Part shown: in pieces, positions 19,095-26,356 of the stretch
Position numbering within the stretch: the first letter of the stretch is position 1
How the letters are laid out: each line of letters begins with the position of its first letter
Assembly: GCA_017397315.1 (NCBI GenBank)
Contig: JAFQJA010000021.1
Location: 42,756 to 106,755, forward strand
From: Clostridia bacterium
GTDB lineage: Bacteria > Bacillota > Clostridia > Monoglobales > Firm-18
Length of the DNA stretch: 64,000 bases
Direction of reading: 5' to 3'
Position numbers and translations under genes: made by a program
Notes under the pieces: model-generated
Told to the model about the DNA's origin: nothing
The model's database searches: none
The model's input: the letters and a program-made list of their open reading frames with translations, nothing else

Positions 19095-19910
19095 TTATTT
19101 GTTTAATTGTTCGATAACTTTTTTAGTAATTGCGGAAACCAAATCAGCATCTGCATTACCGATTACTGAACTTTTGCAATCACCTTTGCAAGAACCACCG
19201 CAACCGTGGCAAGAAGCCTTGCCATTGTTAACTTTTGCACAAAGGTCTGCTGGGTGTTTACCGCTTAAGTTGAACTTTCTTCTGATTTCATATAATTTTT
19301 CGATTTGTTCTTTTGAGAATTCTTTTGGTCCACCAAGTTGTTTTGCTTTGAACAATAATTCAGCATAGAATTCAACAGATTCCATTTTGTGGTATGCAGC
19401 AAGCAATGAATCTGAATAAGTTAATGCACCGTGATTCTCAAGAAGTACTGCATCATAATATTGTAAGTATTTTTCAACATTGTCAGGAATTTCATCCGTT
19501 GATGGTGTGCCGTACTCAGCAATCGGAACGCAACCAAGAGCGATAATTGCTTCAGGCATAATAGGCTGAGTCAGCGGAATACCTGCGATAGCAAAACTTG
19601 TTGCATAAATAGGATGAGCGTGCACAACTGATTTTACATCAGGTCTGTGTTTGTAAACTCTTAAGTGCATTTTAATTTCAGAAGAAGGTTTAAACCCTGG
19701 ATTAGCATGAAGAATTTTACCGTCTCCGTCAATTTTACAGATGTAATCAGGTGTCATAAAACCTTTACTTACGCCTGTAGGTGTGCAAAGAAATTCGTTG
19801 TCAGAAATTTTCACCGAAATGTTACCGTCATTTGCAGCAACCATGTTTCTGTCATAAATTCTTTTGCCGATTTCGCAAATCTGTTTCTTGATTTCATATT
19901 CTGAAGCCAT
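19095..19910 (-). CDS. class II aldolase (L-fuculose-/L-rhamnulose-phosphate aldolase-like) with Cys-rich C-terminal tail
   Basis: Aldolase_II core (NDGNISV, HAHPIYAT, ENHGALT) plus the tail CHGCGGSCKGDCK...DLVSAITKKVIEQLNK. Confidence 0.85.
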   Translation of the reverse strand: MASEYEIKKQICEIGKRIYDRNMVAANDGNISVKISDNEFLCTPTGVSKGFMTPDYICKIDGDGKILHANPGFKPSSEIKMHLRVYKHRPDVKSVVHAHPIYATSFAIAGIPLTQPIMPEAIIALGCVPIAEYGTPSTDEIPDNVEKYLQYYDAVLLENHGALTYSDSLLAAYHKMESVEFYAELLFKAKQLGGPKEFSKEQIEKLYEIRRKFNLSGKHPADLCAKVNNGKASCHGCGGSCKGDCKSSVIGNADADLVSAITKKVIEQLNK

Positions 19911-19963
19911 GTCTCATTTCTCCTTTTTGTATATTATTTTTTTGTTTTCTTTGTTATATCTTT

Positions 19964-19991
19964 ATTTTACCATATTTTTGTCAAATGTCAA
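19964..19991 (-). promoter_or_regulatory. candidate internal promoter of the BMC locus (TTGACA-16-TAAAAT, TG-extended)
   Basis: Minus-strand TTGACA at 19986-19991 and TAAAAT at 19964-19969. The -35 overlaps the eutP stop. Confidence 0.4.
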
Positions 19992-20473
19992 GTTGTTTTT
20001 TGTTTGTTTTTCTTTGTTTTTGTTGTTTTTCTTTCCAAATACTCTTTTAATTCCGGTATTCCCTCGCCGGTTTTAGAATCTACTTTAAAAATCTTTTTAC
20101 AACCCGCAAGTTTAAGCCAGTTTTCTGCTTGCTTTACATTTCCTCTCTCATCATTGATTTTTGTTACAATCCCGATTACCTCTCTGTTGCACATTCCAGT
20201 TATACAGGGCGGATATAACGAATACGGTTCGTCCGACCCTGCCAAAAGGCCTACAACATCTGACTCGTATGCATAAACTGCCAGGGCGCTTCCCAGTTGC
20301 TTCGTCTGTATGTACTCGCCCGGGGTGTCGATAATCACATCGTCATAACTTATGCTTTGAGTCTTTTCGTATTTAAACTCTTTGTTCATAAGGGCTTGCA
20401 AGAGAGTAGTTTTACCCGCCTCGCTTCTGCCTACCAACATTATCCTTTTCATTATGTTTTCGTTACGGGACAA
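19988..20473 (-). CDS. eutP: EutP/PduV-family small GTPase
   Basis: P-loop GRSEAGKTTL, small size, BMC context. Confidence 0.8.
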   Translation of the reverse strand: MSRNENIMKRIMLVGRSEAGKTTLLQALMNKEFKYEKTQSISYDDVIIDTPGEYIQTKQLGSALAVYAYESDVVGLLAGSDEPYSLYPPCITGMCNREVIGIVTKINDERGNVKQAENWLKLAGCKKIFKVDSKTGEGIPELKEYLERKTTKTKKNKQKTT

Positions 20474-20820
20474 ACTGTAAAGCCGAGAGATTCTTTACAG
20501 TAATCACACACTGCAGTTACTGCCGCCTGTACCTGAGAAACCGTACCCGTTACAATCAGTGTGCCGCTGAATCTGTCAACAAATCCAAGATCGGAACCCG
20601 ATGCTTTAATAGCAACATCTGCAGCAATAATTGCTGTTTCAGCAGGACTTACTGTTATGATTCCTATTGCATCACCGCTGTAATCAACCGCTCTGTCAAG
20701 ACCAAGTTTCTCATACAGTATTTCGTCAGGGTTTGCAATAATGTGTGCAAGGGTAATCTGTTTGCCCGGAACAAGTTCCTGAACTATTCTCATTTTATCC
20801 TGTAATTGTAAAAAATCCAT
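20452..20820 (-). CDS. pduU: PduU/EutS-type (circularly permuted) BMC shell protein
   Basis: 122 aa. RIVQELVPGKQITLAHIIANP...SPAETAIIAADVAIKASG matches the PduU/EutS pattern. Confidence 0.8.
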   Translation of the reverse strand: MDFLQLQDKMRIVQELVPGKQITLAHIIANPDEILYEKLGLDRAVDYSGDAIGIITVSPAETAIIAADVAIKASGSDLGFVDRFSGTLIVTGTVSQVQAAVTAVCDYCKESLGFTVCPVTKT

Positions 20821-20821
20821 A

Positions 20822-21610
20822 TTACCCTCCTATCTGACATTTTAGTCCACAGTTTTCAACCGCCGACTTTAACTGTTCCATTTTTTCGCTGGCAGGAGCG
20901 ACAATATCTTCCATAAGATATTTCCTTCCCAGTCCTTTGTACTTATCCGAACCAAATGCGTGGTACGGAAGCAAGTGCAACTCTTTAACTCCGTCAAGAG
21001 TTTTTGCAAATTTTGCAATATCCGTTATTTCCTCTACAGTATCGTTAAATGTTGGAATGACGGGGACTCTTATAATCAGTTCTACATCTGACTTTGCTAT
21101 TTTTCTGGCATTTTCTAAAATCAACTCATTTGGTTGACCAGTAAACTGCTTATGCTTATCGCTGTTAAAATGTTTTATATCCATTAAATAGTAATCTATA
21201 TAAGGTAAACATTTTTCAATTTTATCGAAACTTGCACAGGCAGTTGATTCCACCGCAGTACTTATACCGTTTTCCTTGCATGCTCTTAACAGTGCCGACG
21301 AAAACTCTGGTTGATAAAGCATTTCGCCACCCGACAAAGTTACTCCTCCGCCGGAGCGTCTGTAATAAATTCTGTCCTTCAGGATTTTTTCTATCATTTC
21401 ACGGACAGTTACATCTTCGCCAACGGTTTTTGTTACACCGCCCACAGTCATTTGCTGTATTTCGTGAGACTGTGATTCGGGGTTGCAACACCATTTGCAC
21501 CGCAAGAAACAACCTTTTAAAAATATTATAGTTCTTATGCCCGGCCCGTCATGAATAGAGAATTTCTGGACATTGAAAACTCTGCCTTTCTGGTCAAGGT
21601 AGTTTTCCAT
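20822..21610 (-). CDS. glycyl-radical enzyme activating enzyme (radical SAM)
   Basis: HDGPGIRT plus the CFLRCKWC (CX3CX2C) cluster. I see no additional ferredoxin-like CX2CX2CX3C insert. Its start overlaps the GRE stop. Confidence 0.9.
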   Translation of the reverse strand: MENYLDQKGRVFNVQKFSIHDGPGIRTIIFLKGCFLRCKWCCNPESQSHEIQQMTVGGVTKTVGEDVTVREMIEKILKDRIYYRRSGGGVTLSGGEMLYQPEFSSALLRACKENGISTAVESTACASFDKIEKCLPYIDYYLMDIKHFNSDKHKQFTGQPNELILENARKIAKSDVELIIRVPVIPTFNDTVEEITDIAKFAKTLDGVKELHLLPYHAFGSDKYKGLGRKYLMEDIVAPASEKMEQLKSAVENCGLKCQIGG

Positions 21611-24126
21611 TAAAATCCTCCTTGCTCTGTTCTGTTAATAATATCATCCTGTAAAGATTTTGAAAGAGTGGTGAACAACGCACTGTAACCCGCTACACGA
21701 ACTACAAGGCCTCTGTATTTATCGGGGTTAGCCTGAGCATCTTTCAATGTTTCTTTACTTACAACATTAAACTGAACATGACTGCCTTTCTGGTCAAAGT
21801 ATCCTCTTATCAGTGAAACAAAGCTTTCAAGACCTGCTCTGCCTTTTAATGCCGATGGGTGGAACTTCATATTGAATAATGTACCGTTTGACGCTATGTA
21901 GTGGTCAAGTTTTGAAACCGAGTTAGCAGAGGCAGTCGGACCGTTTATATCTTTACCTGCCGATGGTGAAACGCCATCTGCCACAGGAGTGTAAGCAAGT
22001 CTGCCGTCAGGAGTTGCTCCTGTCTGTTTACCCAGAGGCACATTTGCAGATACAGGATAAAGTCCCGCTTGATAAACACCGCCTCTTGGGTTTTTATATG
22101 TTTCAAGAGGTCTTGTGTATGTATAAGCAACATCTCTTGCAAAACTATCAACATCATCATTGTCATTGCCAAATTTTGGTACTTGATTTATTAAATCAAG
22201 AATATGCTGATACTTGCCCGTGTTCTGACCTTTGATGTTGTTGTAAACTTCGGCAATCAGTTTTTCTGTGATTTCTATTCCTCTTTCTTTAAGTCCCGCC
22301 ATAATGCCTACCGTCAACTGCTGAGCCTTGTCATCATCCATGCCGTATCCGTAGTTATTGTCAAGTGCCTCTTTAAGTTCTGCCATTGTAATTTTCTTCT
22401 GGTCAAACACAAGTTGCTTTACTGCATACAAGGAGTCCGCCATATTTGCAACACCAAAACCTTGCGGTCCGGTGAAGTTATAAACTGCACCGCCCTCTTG
22501 TGCCGATTTTCCTTTTTCTATACAGTTGTCAATCATACCTGACAAGAAAGGTAATGGACATCTTTGAGCGTGAGCCACATCAATAGCATTATCTGCGTTT
22601 ACCATAAGTTCTATCATATAACTTGTCTGAGTTTTATAAGCATCGTAGAACTGTTCAAAAGTTGACATCTCTGCTACATCGCCGGTTTTTTTCGAAATCT
22701 GCACTCCTTTGTCAACACCGTTAGAAAATACGAGTTCCAAAGGTCTGCACATATTAAAGAATGCTGCATCGTGCCAGCCGTCAGTTTTGCCCGCTTTCTG
22801 CGGTTCAACACAACCGATAATATTGTAATCTCTTGCATCTTCCAGAGTTAGCCCCCTGTTTACAAGGGCAGGAATAATAACTTCATCATTATAATAGGCA
22901 GGAAGCCCTACGCCTGTTCTTGTAAGTTCAGCGGCTCTTATCAAAAATTCGTGAGGAGATTTATTCCATACTCTCACCGAGAATGACGGCTGAGGCAACA
23001 ACACATGCATAGTGGCGTTGATACACATATATGACATATCGTTCGTCGCATCAAGCCCCTGCGAATCCTGACCGCCTGCAATTAAGTTCTGGAACAGACT
23101 GTATCCGGCAAAGCCTTCCGCCGAAGCAGCATCTCTTATTTTGTTCATATCGTTTAACTTAATCCATAAACAGTCAACAAGTTCCTGACCGAATTCTCTT
23201 GTAATCGCACCTTTATCTAAGTCCGCTTTGAAATAAGGATTCATATATTGGTCAAAGCGTCCCGGCGAGACAGAGTGTCCGTTCGACTCAGTCTGAATAA
23301 GCATCTGCACAAACCAGAAAGACTGGCACGCTTCATAAAAACTTGTCGCACCCTTTCTTGGTACTCGCTTACAGTTTTGGGCAATAGTCAAAAGTTCCTG
23401 TTTTCTTATCGGGTCATTGCAGTTTTGTGCCATTTCAGTTGCAAGTGCCGAATATCTTTCTGCATATTTGCAAGCCGCATCACAACAAATAATTACGGCT
23501 TTTAAAAATGCACTCTTTGTTACATAATCTGCATCAGAAACTTTGCATTTCACAAGTTCTTCAGCAGCCTCTTTCGCTATACCCTCAAAGCCTACTTCCA
23601 AAACTTTTCCGTAAGCAACAGTTACATGCCCTACGCCGTTGTAAAAGTAGTTGCCTGTCGTGAAAATGTTATGCTCTATTGCAAGTAATGTTTCTTTACC
23701 CATAAGTGAAGTCGCAAACTCACTTGTTGTTTTACCTTTCCAGTACTTGCAAACCTCTCTTATCTTTTCCTTTGTCTCTTCAGAAACATAAAACGGGTCT
23801 GCAGACCTCGTTCCCATAGTATCAAGTTCGTCCAAAATCCATTGGAAAGAAAACTCAGGAAAAAGTTGACAACTTCTTGATTTCAAGCAGGTGCTTCCTA
23901 CAACAAGTTCATTGTCGCGAATTGTAATAGGTATATTTTCCAAAATATGAGCAAACGCCAACGCTCGCCTTGTAATCATAGGCAAATCTTCCGTCTGTTT
24001 GTAACTTTCGGTTAAAAGCACAGCTCTGTCTGCCACAACTTCAGGTTTCGCCTGAAACAACGCATCGTAAAGCTTGTCAATTCTCGGACTTTTTTCAATC
24101 ATTTCCGTATAAATCCCATTGCTCAC
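21610..24126 (-). CDS. glycyl radical enzyme, probable B12-independent 1,2-propanediol dehydratase
   Basis: 838 aa. Catalytic-Cys loop IIGCVEPQ and C-terminal radical motif VVRVAGYSALF. The substrate is inferred from the aldolase/rhaB/pduP/pduL context. GTG start 7 nt after GGAGG. Confidence 0.85.
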   Translation of the reverse strand: MSNGIYTEMIEKSPRIDKLYDALFQAKPEVVADRAVLLTESYKQTEDLPMITRRALAFAHILENIPITIRDNELVVGSTCLKSRSCQLFPEFSFQWILDELDTMGTRSADPFYVSEETKEKIREVCKYWKGKTTSEFATSLMGKETLLAIEHNIFTTGNYFYNGVGHVTVAYGKVLEVGFEGIAKEAAEELVKCKVSDADYVTKSAFLKAVIICCDAACKYAERYSALATEMAQNCNDPIRKQELLTIAQNCKRVPRKGATSFYEACQSFWFVQMLIQTESNGHSVSPGRFDQYMNPYFKADLDKGAITREFGQELVDCLWIKLNDMNKIRDAASAEGFAGYSLFQNLIAGGQDSQGLDATNDMSYMCINATMHVLLPQPSFSVRVWNKSPHEFLIRAAELTRTGVGLPAYYNDEVIIPALVNRGLTLEDARDYNIIGCVEPQKAGKTDGWHDAAFFNMCRPLELVFSNGVDKGVQISKKTGDVAEMSTFEQFYDAYKTQTSYMIELMVNADNAIDVAHAQRCPLPFLSGMIDNCIEKGKSAQEGGAVYNFTGPQGFGVANMADSLYAVKQLVFDQKKITMAELKEALDNNYGYGMDDDKAQQLTVGIMAGLKERGIEITEKLIAEVYNNIKGQNTGKYQHILDLINQVPKFGNDNDDVDSFARDVAYTYTRPLETYKNPRGGVYQAGLYPVSANVPLGKQTGATPDGRLAYTPVADGVSPSAGKDINGPTASANSVSKLDHYIASNGTLFNMKFHPSALKGRAGLESFVSLIRGYFDQKGSHVQFNVVSKETLKDAQANPDKYRGLVVRVAGYSALFTTLSKSLQDDIINRTEQGGF

Positions 24127-24176
24127 AGCAGTACCTCCTATATGTAAAAATGTTATTTTATTTAGGTTTCATTTTG

Positions 24177-24205
24177 ATTATACACCTAAAAAACAGAAAA
24201 GTCAA
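24177..24205 (-). promoter_or_regulatory. promoter of the GRE operon (TTGACT-17-TATAAT)
   Basis: Minus-strand TTGACT at 24200-24205 and TATAAT at 24177-24182, about 45 nt upstream of the GTG start. Confidence 0.6.
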
Positions 24206-24355
24206 TACAAAGCAAAGAAAAAAACAACATTTTCAAAAATAAATTGGTAAAAAACACAGAAATTCCCCAAAAAGTACTGTTTGTCTCTCTTTCTTCCAAT
24301 ATATATAGCCATTTTCTCGCAAAAAGAAATATTAAATTTTTTTTTACAAAAACTA

Positions 24356-24384
24356 TTGATTTTTTAAAAAAATTAGTTTATAAT
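24356..24384 (+). promoter_or_regulatory. dcw/mra promoter (TTGATT-17-TATAAT)
   Basis: TTGATT at 24356-24361 and TATAAT at 24379-24384. Confidence 0.6.
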
Positions 24385-24392
24385 AAAACCAA

Positions 24393-24418
24393 GTGGTAAA
24401 AAAGTGGTTATTTGTGGT
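24393..24418 (+). promoter_or_regulatory. putative MraZ operator: three GTGGT direct repeats at 11/10-nt spacing
   Basis: GTGG at 24393, 24404 and 24414, immediately downstream of the -10 box and upstream of mraZ. Confidence 0.55.
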
Positions 24419-24450
24419 TGATTTACCCATTTTGAAAGGAGGCGGGCGAA

Positions 24451-24885
24451 ATGTATCACGACCTAACCGGCGAATATCAACATAATATCGACGCAAAAGG
24501 CAGAATGATTATGCCTGCCAAACTGCGTGAACAACTTGGGGATACTTTTGTAATGACAAAAGGGCTTGACGGTTGTTTGTTTGTTCTTCCCACTCCGGAA
24601 TGGGTTAAACTTGACAACGAACTGCGAGACAAACCTATTTCGACAAGCAGAAAAATCAAAAGGTTTTTCTATGCAAGCAAAACGGACTGTGAAATTGACA
24701 ACAACGGACGAATACTTATTCCCGGTCCGCTACGAGAATTTGCACAGATTGAAAAAGAAGTAGTTGTTGTGGGAGTTTCCACACGAGTAGAAATATGGAG
24801 CAAAGCAAAATGGAATGAACAGAACGCAGAATTTGTTGACAGTTCTGACGAAGTTGCTTTGCAGATGGAAGAATTGGGAATATGA
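24451..24885 (+). CDS. mraZ: transcriptional regulator MraZ
   Basis: Duplicated SpoVT/AbrB-like MraZ halves (DAKGRMIMPAKLR / DNNGRILIPGPLR). Confidence 0.95.
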   Translation: MYHDLTGEYQHNIDAKGRMIMPAKLREQLGDTFVMTKGLDGCLFVLPTPEWVKLDNELRDKPISTSRKIKRFFYASKTDCEIDNNGRILIPGPLREFAQIEKEVVVVGVSTRVEIWSKAKWNEQNAEFVDSSDEVALQMEELGI

Positions 24886-25802
24886 GTAATATTACCTTTA
24901 AACACATACCTGTTATGCTTGAACAGTGCATCGAAGCACTTGACATCAAACAAAACGGAATATATGTTGACGGAACAATGGGAGGTTGCGGACACTCCTC
25001 CGCTATTGCAAAATTGGGTGGAAAGGTTATCGGCATAGACAGAGATATGGTTGCAATAGAAAATGCAAAAACGAACTTTCCCGAAATTACTCCTGTTTAT
25101 GATAACTACTGTAATATAAAAAGCATACTTAATAAACTTAACATAGATAAAATTGACGGTGCATTGTTAGATTTAGGAGTTTCATCATATCAACTGGACA
25201 CTCCCGAGAGAGGATTTAGTTACCGATTCACCGCACCGCTTGATATGAGAATGGATACAGGCAAAGGACAAACCGCCTATGATGTTGTTAATGGGTATTC
25301 AAAAGAACAGTTGGAAAAAATCTTCTTTCTATACGGAGAAGAACAGTACGCTAAAAGAATTGCTTCCAATATAATAGAAGCCAGGGAACTGTCCCCCATT
25401 AAAACAACTACCGAACTGGCAGACATAATTTCGCGTTCTGTCCCTGCAAAGGCCAAGCGAGACAAACACCCTGCCAAAAAAGTTTTTCAGGCAATCAGAA
25501 TTGAAGTGAACGGAGAACTGGAAGTATTAAAACAGACCTTCACTGATTTCTGCGATGTGTTAAAAGAAGGCGGACGACTTGCCGTAATCACTTTTCATTC
25601 ACTGGAAGACAGAATTACCAAAACTACATTTAACGAACTGGCAAAAGGGTGTCAATGCCCGCCTGATTTCCCCGTTTGTGTTTGCGGAATACAGCCAAAA
25701 GCAACAGTTGTTACCAAAAAACCCATACTTCCATCAGACGAGGAACTTGAAAGAAACCCAAGAAGCGCAAGTGCCAAATTGCGTGTACTTATGAAAAAAT
25801 AA
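24882..25802 (+). CDS. rsmH: 16S rRNA (cytosine1402-N4)-methyltransferase
   Basis: HIPVML, DGTMGGCGHS, DLGVSS and HSLEDR motifs. ATGA overlap with mraZ. Confidence 0.95.
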   Translation: MSNITFKHIPVMLEQCIEALDIKQNGIYVDGTMGGCGHSSAIAKLGGKVIGIDRDMVAIENAKTNFPEITPVYDNYCNIKSILNKLNIDKIDGALLDLGVSSYQLDTPERGFSYRFTAPLDMRMDTGKGQTAYDVVNGYSKEQLEKIFFLYGEEQYAKRIASNIIEARELSPIKTTTELADIISRSVPAKAKRDKHPAKKVFQAIRIEVNGELEVLKQTFTDFCDVLKEGGRLAVITFHSLEDRITKTTFNELAKGCQCPPDFPVCVCGIQPKATVVTKKPILPSDEELERNPRSASAKLRVLMKK

Positions 25803-25822
25803 TTTTAATGGAGGTTTTGCAC

Positions 25823-26275
25823 ATGTATTATCCAACCACAGGAACAAGTGCATTTAAACCGGAGATTGTTTCTCCAAGACGGAAAACCAAAAGAAAATCA
25901 GTTAAAAAGAAATCAAAAAATGATTTCAAACTGATTTTATATACAGCACTGATTTTTATGTTTATGTTCATCACCATAAGCCGTTCTGTTTTCATATATG
26001 GCCAGCATGCAGAAATAGAACATAAGACATTGCAACTTAATACACTGAAAATGGAAAACGAACAAACCGCCATTGATATAAAAAAGCAAACAGACAGTTC
26101 CATAATGGAGCAGTATGCGATAGCACATTTAAATCTTAAAAAGATGGATACAAACCAGATAGTCTACTTAAATCAAACAACAGACGACACTATGACAAAA
26201 ATTGCTCACAACGAAAAAGATGTATTTGGAGGATTATTCGGATTATTTTCCGGAGCCTTGGAATATTTGAAATAA
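25823..26275 (+). CDS. ftsL: FtsL-like cell-division protein
   Basis: Positioned between rsmH and the PBP gene. Single TM followed by a coiled region. SD GGAGG 8 nt before the ATG at 25823. Confidence 0.6.
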   Translation: MYYPTTGTSAFKPEIVSPRRKTKRKSVKKKSKNDFKLILYTALIFMFMFITISRSVFIYGQHAEIEHKTLQLNTLKMENEQTAIDIKKQTDSSIMEQYAIAHLNLKKMDTNQIVYLNQTTDDTMTKIAHNEKDVFGGLFGLFSGALEYLK

Positions 26276-26356
26276 TGAAAAAATAAGGTATAAGGGGAGT
26301 TTACGCTCTTCTTATACTATTTTCGTCAAAAGGGATATAAATTTTATCGGGGGAGA

